Assembly (NCBI GenBank): GCA_964016885.1
Contig: OZ024741.1
Span: 153,884,001 to 153,948,000, forward strand
Reading direction: 5' to 3'
DNA length: 64,000 bases
Origin: Eledone cirrhosa
Lineage: Eukaryota
The notes under the pieces were generated by a model. The model was not told where the DNA came from, did no database searches, and worked only from the letters and a program-made list of their open reading frames with translations. Made by a program: the position numbers and the translations under genes. Within the stretch, counting starts at the first letter, position 1. Each line of letters starts with the position of its first letter. Shown piece by piece: positions 43,240 through 57,006 of the stretch.

Positions 43240-43421
43240 GGTGGATTGGCAGTATCGGTAGAGAGTCTGACACCATGCTTTGAAGCATAGAGTTACGTCC
43301 CTTTATGATCTGAGTTCAAATCCCGCCGAGGTTAACTTTGCCTTTCATCCTTATGGGGTCGATAAAATAAAGTACTAGTAATGTACTGGGTAATTGCTGG
43401 CCTTGTGCCAAAATAGAAACA
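43240..43421 (+). mobile_element. SINE family 1, array copy 5
   Basis: Same 182 bp and TSD as copy 1. Confidence 0.93.
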
Positions 43422-46392
43422 ATTATACTTTGATCCTCCCACTTCTGGCTGAGTATACCTGATATCTAGCTTGTCTTTTATTTACCTGGTATTATACCTC
43501 TCACTTCTGGCTGAGTATACCTGATATCTAGCTTGTCTTCTATTTACCTGCTATTATACCTTGATCCTCCCACTTCTGGCTGAGTATACCTGATATCTAG
43601 CTTTTCTTCTATTTACCTGCTACTATACCTTGATCCTCAAACTTCTGGCTGAGTATACCTGATATCTAGCTTGTCTTCTATTTATCTGCTACTATACCTT
43701 GATCCTCAAACTTCTGGCTGAGTATACCTGATATCTAGCATGTCTTCTATTTACCTGCTATTATACCTTGACCTTCCCACTTCTGGCTGTGTATACCTGA
43801 TATATAACTTGTCTCCCATTTACCTGCTAGTATACATTGATCTTCCCACTTCTGGCTGAGTATACCTGATATCTAGCTTTTCTTCTATTTACCTGCTATT
43901 ATACCTTGATCCTCCCACTTCTGGCTGTGTATACCTGATATTAGCTTGTCTTCTATTTACCTGCTATTATACCTTGATCTTCCCACTAGTGGCTGAGTAT
44001 ACCTGATATTTAGCTTGTCTTCTATTTACCTGCTATTATACCTTGATCTTCCCACTTCTGGCTGAGTATAGCTGATATTAGCTTGTCTTCTATTAACCTG
44101 CTATTATACCTTGATCTTCCCACTTCTGGCTGAGTATACCTGATATTAGCTTGTCTTCTATTTACCTGCTATTATACCTTGATCTTCCCACTTCTGGCTG
44201 TGTATACCTGATATCTAGCTTTTCTTCTATTTACCTGCTATTATACCTTGATCTTCCCACTTCTGGCTGAGTATACCTGATATCTAGCTTCTCTTCTATT
44301 TACCTGCTATTATACCTTGATCTTCCCACTAGTGGCTGAGTATACCTGATATTTAGCTTGTCTTCTATTAACCTGCTATTATACCTTGATCTTCCCACTT
44401 CTGGCTGAGTATAGCTGATATCTAGCTTCTCTTCTATTTACCTGCTATTATACCTTGATCCTCCCACTTCTGGCTGAGTATACCTGATATCTAGCTTCTC
44501 TTCTATTTACCTGCTATTATACCTTGATCCTCCCACTTGTGGCTGAGTATACCTGATATCTAGATTGTCTTCCATTTACCTGCTAGTATACCTTGATCTT
44601 CCCACTTCTGGCTGAGTATACCTGATATCTAGCTTGTCTTCTATTTACCTGTTATTATACCTTGATCCTCCCACTTCTGGCTGAGTATACCTGATATCTA
44701 GCTTGTCTTCTATTTACCTGGTATTATACCTTGATCCTCCCACTTGTGGCTGAGTATACCTGATATCTAGATTGTCTTCTATTTACCTGCTATTATACCT
44801 TGATCCTCCCACTTGTGGCTGAGTATACCTGATATCTAGATTGTCTTCTATTTACCTGCTATTATACCTTGATCCTCCCACTTGTGGCTGAGTATACCTG
44901 ATATCTAGCTTGTCTTCTATTTAGCTGGTATTATACCTTGATCCTCCCACTTGTGGCTGAGTATACCTGATATCTAGATTGTCTTCTATTTACCTGCTAT
45001 TATACCTTGATCCTCCCACTTGTGGCTGAGTATACCTGATATCTAGCTTATCTTCTATTTACCTGGTATTATACCTTGATCCTTCCACTTGTGGCTGAGT
45101 ATACCTGATATCTAGATTGTCTTCTATTTACCTTCTATTATACCTTGATCCTCCCACTTGTGGCTGAGTATACCTGATATCTAGCTTGTCTTCTATTTAC
45201 CTGGTATTATACCTTGATCCTCCCACTTCTGGTTGAGTATACCTGATACCTAGATTGTCTTCTATTTACCTGCTATTATACCTTGATCCTCCCACTTGTG
45301 GCTGAGTATACCTGATATCTAGCATGTCTTCTAGTTACCTGTTATTATACCTTGATCTTCCCACTTCTGGCTGAGTATACCTGATATCTAGCATGTCTTC
45401 TAGTTACCAGTTATTATACCTTGACCCTCCCACTTCTGGCTGTGTATACCTGATATCTAGCTTGTCTTCTATTTACCTGGTATTATACCTTGATCCTCCC
45501 ACTTCTGGCTGAGTATACCTGATATCTAGCTTGTATTCTATTTACCTGCTATTATTCCTTGATCCTCCCACTTCTGGCTGAGTATACCTGATATCTAGTT
45601 GTCTTCTATTTACCTGCTATTATACCTTGATCCTCCCACTTCTGGCTGAGTATACCTGATATCTAGCTTGTCTTCTATTTACCTGGTATTATACCTTGAT
45701 CCTCCCACTTCTGGCTGTGTATACCTGATATCTAGCTTGTATTCTATTTACCTGCTATTATACCTTGATCTTCCCACTTCTGGTTGAGTATACCTGATAT
45801 CTAGCTTGTATTTTATTTACCTGGTATTATACCTTGATCCTCCCACTTCTGGCTGAGTATACCTGATATCTGGCTTGTCTTCTATTTACCTGCTATTATA
45901 CCTTGATCCTCCCACTTCTGGCTGAGTATACCTAATATCTAGCTTGTCTTCTATTTACTTGCTTTTATACATTGACCTTCCCACTTCTGGCTGAGTATAC
46001 CTGATATCTAGCTTGTCTTCTATTTACCTGGTATTATACCTTGATCCTCCCACTTCTGGCTGAGTATACCTGATATCTAGCTTGTCTTCTATTTGCCTGT
46101 TACTATACCTTAATCCTCCCACTTCTGGCTGAGTATACCTAATATCTAGCTTGTCTTCTATTTACTTGCTATTATACATTGACCTTCCCACTTCTGGCTG
46201 AGTATACCTGATATCTAGCTTTTCTTCTATTTACCTGGTATTATACTTTGACCCTCCCACTTCTGTCTGTGTATACCTGATATCTAGCTTGTCTTTTATT
46301 TACCTGGTATTAAACCTTGACCTTCCCACTTCTGGCTGAGTATACCTGATATCTAGCTTGTCTTCTATTTACCTAGTATTATACTTTGATCC

Positions 46393-46574
46393 GGTGGATT
46401 GGCAGTATCGGTAGAGAGTCTGACACCATGCTTTGAAGCATAGAGTTACGTCCCTTTATGATCTGAGTTCAAATCCCGCCGAGGTTAACTTTGCCTTTCA
46501 TCCTTATGGGGTTGATAAAATAAAGTACTAGTAATGTACTGGGTAATTGCTGGCCTTGTGCCAAAATAGAAACA
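46393..46574 (+). mobile_element. SINE family 1, array copy 6
   Basis: Same element with one CpG>TpG change at 46513 (GGGGTTGAT vs GGGGTCGAT). Confidence 0.93.
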
Positions 46575-48608
46575 ATTATACTTTGATCCTCCCACTTCTG
46601 GCTGAGTATACCTGATATCTAGCTTGTCTTTTATTTACCTGGTATTATACCTCTCACTTCTGGCTGAGTATACCTGATATCTAGCTTGTCTTCTATTTAC
46701 CTGCTATTATGCCTTGATCCTCCCACTTCTGGCTGAGTATACCTGATATCTAGCTTTTCTTCTATTTACCTGCTACTATACCTTGATCCTCAAACTTCTG
46801 GCTGAGTATACCTGATATCTAGCTTGTCTTCTATTTATCTGCTACTATACCTTGATCCTCAAACTTCTGGCTGAGTATACCTGATATCTAGCTTGTCTCC
46901 TATATACCTGATATCTAGCTTGTCTTCTATATACCTGCTATTATACCTTCATCTTCCCACTTCTGGCTGAGTATTCCTGATATCTAGCTTGTCTTCTATT
47001 TACCTGTTATTATACCTTGATCCTCCCACTTCTGGCTGAGTATACCTGATATTAACTTGTCTTCTATTTACCTGGTATTATCCCTTGATCCTCACACTTC
47101 TGGTTGAGTATACCTGATATCTAGCTTGTCTTCTATTTATCTGGTATTATCCCTTGATCTTCCCACTTCTGGCTGAGTATACCTGATATCTAGCATGTCT
47201 TCTAGTTACCTGTTATTATACCTTGATCTTCCCACTTCTGTCTGAGTATACCTGATATCTAGCTTGTCTTCTATTTACCTTCTATTATACCTTGATCTTC
47301 CCACTTCTGGCTGAGTATACCTGATATCTAGCATGTCTTCTAGTTACCTATTATTATACCTTGATCTTCCCACTTCTGGCTGAGTATACCTGATATCTAG
47401 CATGTCTTCTAGTTACCTGTTATTATACCTTGACCCTCCCACTTCTGGCTGTGTATACCTGATATCTAGCTTGTCTTCTATTTACCTGGTATTATACCTT
47501 GATCCTCCCACTTCTGGCTGAGTATACCTGATATCTAGCTTGTATTCTATTTACCTGCTATTATTCCTTGATCCTCCCACTTCTGGCTGAGTATACCTGA
47601 TATCTAGTTGTCTTCTATTTACCTGCTATTATACCTTGATCCTCCCACTTCTGGCTGAGTATACCTGATATCTAGCTTGTCTTCTATTTACCTGGTATTA
47701 TACCTTGATCCTCCCACTTCTGGCTGTGTATACCTGATATCTAGCTTGTCTTCTATTTACCTGGTATTATACCTTGATCCTCCCACTTCTGGCTGTGTAT
47801 ACCTGATATCTAGCTTGTATTCTATTTACCTGTTATTATACCTTGACCCTCCCACTTCTGGCTGAGTATACCTGATATCTTGCTTGTATTCTATTTACCT
47901 GCTATTATACCTTGACCCTCCCACTTCTGGCTGTGTATACCTGATATCTAGCTTGTATTCTATTTACCTGCTATTATACCTTGATCTTCCCACTTCTGGT
48001 TGAGTATACCTGATATCTAGCTTGTATTCTATTTACCTGGTATTATACCTTGATCCTCCCACTTCTGGCTGAGTATACCTGATATCTGGCTTGTCTTCTA
48101 TTTACCTGCTATTATACCTTGATCCTCCCACTTCTGGCTGAGTATACCTAATATCTAGCTTGTCTTCTATTTACTTGCTATTATACATTGACCTTCCCAC
48201 TTCTGGCTGAGTATACCTGATATCTAGCTTGTCTTCTATTTACCTGGTATTATACCTTGATCCTCCCACTTCTGGCTGAGTATACCTGATATCTAGCTTG
48301 TCTTCTATTTGCCTGTTACTATACCTTGATCCTCCCACTTCTGGCTGAGTATACCTAATATCTAGCTTGTCTTCTATTTACTTGCTATTATACATTGACC
48401 TTCCCACTTCTGGCTGAGTATACCTGATATCTAGCTTTTCTTCTATTTACATGGTATTATACTTTGACCCTCCCACTTCTGTCTGTGTATACCTGATATC
48501 TAGCTTGTCTTTTATTTACCTGGTATTAAACCTTGACCTTCCCACTTCTGGCTGAGTATACCTGATATCTAGCTTGTCTTCTATTTACCTAGTATTATAC
48601 TTTGATCC

Positions 48609-48790
48609 GGTGGATTGGCAGTATCGGTAGAGAGTCTGACACCATGCTTTGAAGCATAGAGTTACGTCCCTTTATGATCTGAGTTCAAATCCCGCCGAGG
48701 TTAACTTTGCCTTTCATCCTTATGGGGTCGATAAAATAAAGTACTAGTAATGTACTGGGTAATTGCTGGCCTTGTGCCAAAATAGAAACA
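48609..48790 (+). mobile_element. SINE family 1, array copy 7
   Basis: Same 182 bp and TSD as copy 1. Confidence 0.93.
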
Positions 48791-51031
48791 ATTATACTTT
48801 GATCCTCCCACTTCTGGCTGAGTATACCTGATATCTAGCTTGTCTTTTATTTACCTGGTATTATACCTCTCACTTCTGGCTGAGTATACCTGATATCTAG
48901 CTTGTCTTCTATTTACCTGCTATTATACCTTGATCCTCCCACTTCTGGCTGAGTATACCTGATATCTAGCTTTTCTTCTATTTACCTGCTACTATACCTT
49001 GATCCTCAAACTTCTGGCTGAGTATACCTGATATCTAGCTTGTCTTCTATTTATCTGCTACTATACCTTGATCCTCAAACTTCTGGCTGAGTATACCTGA
49101 TATCTAGCTTGTCTCCTATATACCTGATATCTAGCTTGTCTTCTATATACCTGCTATTATACCTTCATCTTCCCACTTCTGGCTGAGTATTCCTGATATC
49201 TAGCTTGTCTTCTATTTACCTGTTATTATACCTTGATCCTCCCACTTCTGGCTGAGTATACCTGATATTAACTTGTCTTCTATTTACCTGGTATTATCCC
49301 TTGATCCTCACACTTCTGGTTGAGTATACCTGATATCTAGCTTGTCTTCTATTTATCTGGTATTATCCCTTGATCTTCCCACTTCTGGCTGAGTATACCT
49401 GATATCTAGCATGTCTTCTAGTTACCTGTTATTATACCTTGATCTTCCCACTTCAGTCTGAGTATACCTGATATCTAGCTTGTCTTCTATTTACCTTCTA
49501 TTATACCTTGATCTTCCCACTTCTGGCTGAGTATACCTGATATCTAGCATGTCTTCTAGTTACCTATTATTATACCTTGATCTTCCCACTTCTGGCTGAG
49601 TATACCTGATATCTAGCATGTCTTCTAGTTACCTGTTATTATACCTTGACCCTCCCACTTCTGGCTGTGTATACCTGATATCTAGCTTGTCTTCTATTTA
49701 CCTGGTATTATACCTTGATCCTCCCACTTCTGGCTGAGTATACCTGATATCTAGCTTGTATTCTATTTACCTGCTATTATTCCTTGATCCTCCCACTTCT
49801 GGCTGAGTATATCTGATATCTAGTTGTCTTCTATTTACCTGCTATTATACCTTGATCCTCCCACTTCTGGCTGAGTATACCTGATATCTAGCTTGTCTTC
49901 TATTTACCTGGTATTATACCTTGATCCTCCCACTTCTGGCTGTGTATACCTGATATCTAGCTTGTCTTCTATTTACCTGGTATTATACCTTGATCCTCCC
50001 ACTTCTGGCTGTGTATACCTGATATCTAGCTTGTATTCTATTTACCTGTTATTATACCTTGACCCTCCCACTTCTGGCTGAGTATACCTGATATCTTGCT
50101 TGTATTCTATTTACCTGCTATTATACCTTGACCCTCCCACTTCTGGCTGTGTATACCTGATATCTAGCTTGTATTCTATTTACCTGCTATTATACCTTGA
50201 TCTTCCCACTTCTGGTTGAGTATACCTGATATCTAGCTTGTATTCTATTTACCTGGTATTATACCTTGATCCTCCCACTTCTGGCTGAGTATACCTGATA
50301 TCTGGCTTGTCTTCTATTTACCTGCTATTATACCTTGATCCTCCCACTTCTGGCTGAGTATACCTAATATCTAGCTTGTCTTCTATTTACTTGCTATTAT
50401 ACATTGACCCTCCCACTTCTGGCTGAGTATACCTGATATCTAGCTTGTCTTCTATTTACCTGGTATTATACCTTGATCCTCCCACTTCTGGCTGAGTATA
50501 CCTGATATCTAGCTTGTCTTCTATTTGCCTGTTACTATACCTTGATCCTCCCACTTCTGGCTGAGTATACCTAATATCTAGCTTGTCTTCTATTTACTTG
50601 CTATTATACATTGACCTTCCCACTTCTGGCTGAGTATACCTGATATCTAGCTTGTCTTCTATTTACCTGGTATTATACCTTGATCCTCCCACTTCTGGCT
50701 GAGTATACCTGATATCTAGCTTGTCTTCTATTTACCTGCTATTATACCTTGATCCTCCCACTTCTGGCTGAGTATACCTGATATATAACTTGTCTTCTAT
50801 TTACCTGCTATTATACCTTGATCTTCCCACTTCTGGCTGAGTATACCTGATATCTAGCTTTTCTTCTATTTACCTGGTATTATACTTTGACCCTCCCACT
50901 TCTGTCTGTGTATACCTGATATCTAGCTTGTCTTTTATTTACCTGGTATTAAACCTTGACCTTCCCACTTCTGGCTGAGTATACCTGATATCTAGCTTGT
51001 CTTCTATTTACCTAGTATTATACTTTGATCC

Positions 51032-51213
51032 GGTGGATTGGCAGTATCGGTAGAGAGTCTGACACCATGCTTTGAAGCATAGAGTTACGTCCCTTTATGA
51101 TCTGAGTTCAAATCCCGCCGAGGTTAACTTTGCCTTTCATCCTTATGGGGTCGATAAAATAAAGTACTAGTAATGTACTGGGTAATTGCTGGCCTTGTGC
51201 CAAAATAGAAACA
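51032..51213 (+). mobile_element. SINE family 1, array copy 8
   Basis: Same 182 bp and TSD as copy 1. Confidence 0.93.
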
Positions 51214-54200
51214 ATTATACTTTGATCCTCCCACTTCTGGCTGAGTATACCTGATATCTAGCTTGTCTTTTATTTACCTGGTATTATACCTCTCACTTCT
51301 GGCTGAGTATACCTGATATCTAGCTTGTCTTCTATTTACCTGCTATTATACCTTGATCCTCCCACTTCTGGCTGAGTATACCTGATATCTAGCTTTTCTT
51401 CTATTTACCTGCTACTATACCTTGATCCTCAAACTTCTGGCTGAGTATACCTGATATCTAGCTTGTCTTCTATTTATCTGCTACTATACCTTGATCCTCA
51501 AACTTCTGGCTGAGTATACCTGATATCTAGCTTGTCTTCTATTTACCTGCTATTATACCTTGACCTTCCCACTTCTGGCTGTGTATATCTGATATATAAC
51601 TTGTCTCCCATTTACCTGCTAGTATACCTTGATCTTCCCACTTCTGGCTGAGTATACCTGATATCTAGCTTTTCTTCTATTTACCTGCTATTATACCTTG
51701 ATCCTCCCACTTCTGGCTGTGTATACCTGATATTAGCTTGTCTTCTATTTACCTGCTATTATACCTTGATCTTCCCACTAGTGGCTGAGTATACCTGATA
51801 TTTAGCTTGTCTTCTATTTACCTGCTATTATACCTTGATCTTCCCACTTCTGGCTGAGTATAGCTGATATTAGCTTGTCTTCTATTTACCTGCTATTATA
51901 CCTTGATCTTCCCACTAGTGGCTGAGTATACCTGATATTTAGCTTGTCTTCTATTTACCTGCTATTATACCTTGATCTTCCCACTTCTGGCTGAGTATAG
52001 CTGATATTAGCTTGTCTTCTATTTACCTGCTATTATACCTTGATCTTCCCACTAGTGGCTGAGTATACCTGATATTTAGCTTGTCTTCTATTTACCTGCT
52101 ATTATACCTTGATCTTCCCACTTCTGGCTGAGTATACCTGATATCTAGCTTGTCTTCTATTAACCTGCTATTATACCTTGATCTTCCCACTTCTGGCTGA
52201 GTATACCTGATATTAGCTTGTCTTCTATTTACCTGCTATTATACCTTGATCTTCCCACTTCTGGCTGTGTATACCTGATATCTAGCTTTTCTTCTATTTA
52301 CCTGCTATTATACCTTGATCTTCCCACTTCTGGCTGAGTATACCTGATATCTAGCTTCTCTTCTATTTACCTGCTATTATACCTTGATCTTCCCACTAGT
52401 GGCTGAGTATACCTGATATTTAGCTTGTCTTCTATTAACCTGCTATTATACCTTGATCTTCCCACTTCTGGCTGAGTATAGCTGATATCTAGCTTCTCTT
52501 CTATTTACCTGCTATTATACCTTGATCCTCCCCCTTCTGGCTGAGTATACCTGATATCTAGCTTCTCTTCTATTTACCTGCTTTTATACCTTGATCCTCC
52601 CACTTGTGGCTGAGTATACCTGATATCTAGATTGTCTTCCATTTACCTGCTAGTATACCTTGATCTTCCCACTTCTGGCTGAGTATACCTGATATCTAGC
52701 TTGTCTTCTATTTACCTGGTATTATACCTTGATCCTCCCACTTGTGGCTGAGTATACCTGATATCTAGCTTATCTTCTATTTACCTGGTATTATACCTTG
52801 ATCCTCCCTCTTGTGGCTGAGTATACCTGATATCTAGATTGTCTTCTATTTACCTGCTATTATACCTTGATCCTCCCACTTGTGGCTGAGTATACCTGAT
52901 ATCTAGCTTGTCTTCTATTTACCTGGTATTATACCTTGATCCTCCCACTTCTGGTTGAGTATACCTGATATCTAGATTGTCTTCTATTTACCTGCTATTA
53001 TACCTTGATCCTCCCACTTGTGGCTGAGTATACCTGATATCTAGCTTGTCTTCTATTTACCTGGTATTATACCTTGATCCTCCCACTTCTGGTTGAGTAT
53101 ACCTGATACCTAGATTGTCTTCTATTTACCTGCTATTATACCTTGATCCTCCCACTTGTGGCTGAGTATACCTGATATCTAGCTTGTCTTCTATTTACCT
53201 GGTATTATACCTTGATCCTCCCACTTGTGGCTGAGTATACCTGATATCTAGATTGTCTTCTATTTACCTGCTATTATACCTTGATCCTCCCACTTGTGGC
53301 TGAGTATACCTGATATCTAGCTTGTCTTCTATTTACCTGGTATTATACCTTGATCTTCCCACTTCTGGCTGAGTATTCCTGATATCTAGATTGTCTTCTA
53401 TTTACCTGCTATTATACCTTGATCCTCCCACTTCTGGCTGAGTATACCTGATATCTAGCTTGTCTTTTATTTACCTGGTATTATACCTCTCACTTCTGGC
53501 TGAGTATACCTGATATCTAGCTTGTCTTCTATTTACCTGCTATTATACCTTGATCCTCCCACTTCTGGCTGAGTATACCTGATATCTAGCTTTTCTTCTA
53601 TTTACCTGCTACTATACCTTGATCCTCAAACTTCTGGCTGAGTATACCTGATATCTAGCTTGTCTTCTATTTATCTGCTACTATACCTTGATCCTCAAAC
53701 TTCTGGCTGAGTATACCTGATATCTAGCTTGTCTTCTATTTACCTGCTATTATACCTTGACCTTCCCACTTCTGGCTGTGTATATCTGATATATAACTTG
53801 TCTCCCATTTACCTGCTAGTATACCTTGATCTTCCCACTTCTGGCTGAGTATACCTGATATCTAGCTTTTCTTCTATTTACCTGCTATTATACCTTGATC
53901 CTCCCACTTCTGGCTGTGTATACCTGATATTAGCTTGTCTTCTATTTACCTGCTATTATACCTTGATCTTCCCACTTCTGGCTGAGTATACCTGATATTA
54001 GCTTGTCTTCTATTTACCTGCTATTATACCTTGATCTTCCCACTTCTGGCTGAGTATACCTGATACCTAGCTTTTCTTCTATTTACCTGCTATTATACCT
54101 TGATCTTCCCACTTCTGGCTGAGTATACCTGATATCTAGCTTCTCTTCTATTTACCTGCTATTATACCTTGATCTTCCCACTAGTGGCTGAGTATACCTG

Positions 54201-55763
54201 ATATTTAGCTTGTCTTCTATTTACCTGCTATTATACCTTGATCTTCCCACTTCTGGCTGAGTATAGCTGATATCTAGCTTCTCTTCTATTTACCTGCTAT
54301 TATACCTTGATCCTCCCACTTCTGGCTGAGTATACCTGATATCTAGCTTCTCTTCTATTTACCTGCTATTATACCTTGATCCTCCCACTTGTGGCTGAGT
54401 ATACCTGATATCTAGATTGTCTTCTATTTACCTGCTAGTATACCTCGATCTTCCCACTTCTGGCTGAGTATACCTGATATCTAGCTTGTCTTCTATTTAC
54501 CTGTTATTATACCTTGATCTTCCCAATTCTGGCTGAGTATACCTGATATCTAGATTGTCTTCTATTTACTTGCTATTATACCTTGATCCTCCCACTTGTG
54601 GCTGAGTATACCTGATATCTAGCTTGTCTTCTATTTACCTGGTATTATACCTTGATCCTCCCACTTGTGGCTGAGTATACCTGATATCTAGATTGTCTTC
54701 TATTTACCTGCTATTATACCTTGATCCTCCCACTTGTGGCTGAGTATACCTGATATCTAGCTTGTCTTCTATTTACCTGGTATTATACCTTGATCCTCCC
54801 ACTTGTGGCTGAGTATACCTGATATTTAGATTGTCTTCTATTTACCTGCTATTATACCTTGATCATCCCACTTGTGGCTGAGTATACCTGATATCTAGCT
54901 TGTCTTCTATTTACCTGGTATTATACCTTGATCCTCCCACTTGTGGCTGAGTATACCTGATATCTAGATTGTCTTCTATTTACCTGCTATTATACCTTGA
55001 TCCTCCCACTTGTGGCTGAGTATACCTGATATCTAGCTTGTCTTCTATTTACCTGGTATTATACCTTGATCCTCCCACTTCTGGCTGAGTATACCTGATA
55101 TCTAGATTGTCTTCTATTTACCTGCTATTATACCTTGATCCTCCCACTTATGGCTGAGTATACCTGATATCTAGCTTGTCTTCTATTTACCTGGTATTAT
55201 ACCTTGATCCTCCCACTTCTGGCTGAGTAAACCTTATATGTAGCTTGTATTCTATTTACCTGGTATTATACCTTGATCCTCCCACTTCTGGCTGAGTATA
55301 CCTAATATCTAGCTTGTCTTCTATTTACCTGCTATTATACCTTGATCTTCCCACTTCTGGCTGAGTATACCTGATATCTAGCTTCTTTTCTATTTACCTG
55401 CTATTATACCTTGATCTTCCCACTAGTGGCTGAGTATACCTGATATTTAGCTTGTATTCTATTTACCTGGTATTATACCTTGATCCTCCCACTTCTGGCT
55501 GAGTATACCTGATATCTAGCTTGTCTTCTATTTACCTGGTATTATACCTTGATCCTCCCACTTCTGGCTGAGTATACCTGATTACTAGCTTGTCTTCTAT
55601 TTACCTGCTATTATACCTTTATCTTCCCACTTCTGGCTGAGCATACCTGATATCTAGCTTGTCTTCTATTTACCTGGTATTATACCTTGTTCGTGCCACC
55701 AGTACTAGAGAGGTGGTTTTACCAGACATAAGATTTCTCTCCACCCTGAATAAGTTATTATTT

Positions 55764-55990
55764 GGAGTGTCAACTCTGATAGATGGGTGGCCTTCACTAC
55801 ATTCTTAGGAGCTCATGTCTTCCCTGTGCAGTCATGTTTTATGTCAAAGTTACAGCCCTCCTAGATGGGTTGCCTTTAATATGGCCTACAGGGTCCACAT
55901 CTGCCCTGTGCAATTGCTTTTTTAATCGGAGTCACTGCTATCCTAGTTGGGTTGCCTTCACTATAGCTTGCGAAGCCCACCTCTCCTCTG
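55764..55990. repeat. Degenerate 82-bp tandem repeat, ~3 units
   Basis: The core TAG(A/T)TGGGT(T/G)GCCTT starts at 55780, 55862 and 55944 (spacing 82, 82). Units 1 and 2 also share CCCTGTGCA. Confidence 0.8.
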
Positions 55991-56354
55991 AGCAGTCATT
56001 AAACGGCTACAGATTAGTGAATTGAGATTCATAATGTAGGAGGATACATATTGGTGTGTGTAAATGTGTACGCAAAAGGGAAAAATAAGGAAAAAGGCAG
56101 GAGCACAAGGCCATGTCTGCCAGACAGCTAGTTGAATTGTGCTGGATAGGGGGTGGGTGGGAGAGATCTGGAGTCAGTGTCTGAAAGCTAGAGTTTATCG
56201 TGGTAAATAGCTGAAAAATTAGTAATAAATAGGCGAAGAGTTAAAAGTTATGGAAAGAAATATAACTAGGAGATTAGTAAATAAATAAATACGTGGAATT
56301 AATGTTAAGGAAGAGAGAGACAGAGTATAGGAATATAAAAATACATATATATAT

Positions 56355-56704
56355 CTGTAAAGTTGTCGTTTTTGGTTTCAAGACAAAAAGCACCCAGTCC
56401 ATGCTGTAAAGTGGTACTTTCAGGGCTATGGAAAAAAAGAGTCTAATCAACAATGTAAAGAGGTCATCTTCGTGTCATGACAAAAAGTGCCCAGTCCACA
56501 CTGTAAGGTGTTTGTTTTGATGTCATGATAAATAAATAGCATCCAGTCGAGTCGGTAAATATGGTTGGTGTTAGGAAGGGTATCCAGCCATAGAAACCAA
56601 GCCAGAAATAGTTCTGTATGAGCAAACATGGTCATCTGACCTGACATGTCTCACAACGTGACAACTCATCTAACCCATGCTAGTGTGGAAAAATGGATGT
56701 TAAG
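56355..56704 (+). mobile_element. Dispersed SINE-like repeat (family 2), copy A
   Basis: Internal repeats of ACAAAAAGCACCCAGTCCACACTGTAAAGTGG, then GTTAGGAAGGGTATCCAGCCATAGAAACC...AACCCATGCTAGTGTGGAAAAATGGATGTTAA. Homologous to copies B and C. Confidence 0.75.
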
Positions 56705-57006
56705 ATATTATCGATATATTGACTTATCGATAGCAGTAATGTAAAACCATAGCCTTGACAAAACCAGTGTTTTGAAATGGTCATAAAACAACAGATAAAT
56801 AAAGCACTGAACCTTGCCTTTTTGTTTTCATTGTTCCACCTATATATCTGACTCAGTAGTTCTTTGAATAGTCAACAACATATAAGATACCATTTTTTCA
56901 CAAAAAAATAGATTTCACTTCGTTTCAATGAGGTATTCATATCCACACTGCATAGAGTTCTAATATTATTATAAGTTTTACTTTCAGCAGAATATTAATG
57001 TATATA

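Larger units (their letters stand above)
1..55689. repeat. 69-bp tandem satellite array (~785 monomers, continues beyond left edge)
   Basis: The period is directly visible: TCTGGCTGAG recurs at 1, 70, 208, 277 and onward. The consensus is 39% GC, 68% pyrimidine on + (T29 C18 A13 G9), has no CpG, and has a stop in all six frames. Orientation is constant throughout and the array ends abruptly at ...TATACCTTG (55689). Confidence 0.99.
21001..55689. repeat. Satellite domain B (SINE-containing, 2-5 kb duplication units)
   Basis: A different variant set: GGCTGTGTA, AGCATGTCTTCTAGTTACC, TCTAGTTGTC (68 bp), TACATTGACC, CCTCAAACTT, CACTAGTGG, and 62-bp and 96-bp monomers. The domain boundary is approximate. 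Confidence 0.85.

Noticed and set aside
5199-50081. Twelve 62-aa ORFs (MSSIY...PTSG) in the array, and the idea of a 23-aa repeat protein since 69 = 3x23
   Set aside because: They arise only where two consecutive TGA codons are mutated to CGA or TGT, and most start at TTG. All six consensus frames have stops, and 68- and 62-bp monomers shift the frame repeatedly.
1-55689. CRISPR-like array
   Set aside because: There are no unique spacers, the units are contiguous near-identical monomers, there are no cas genes, and the context is eukaryotic.
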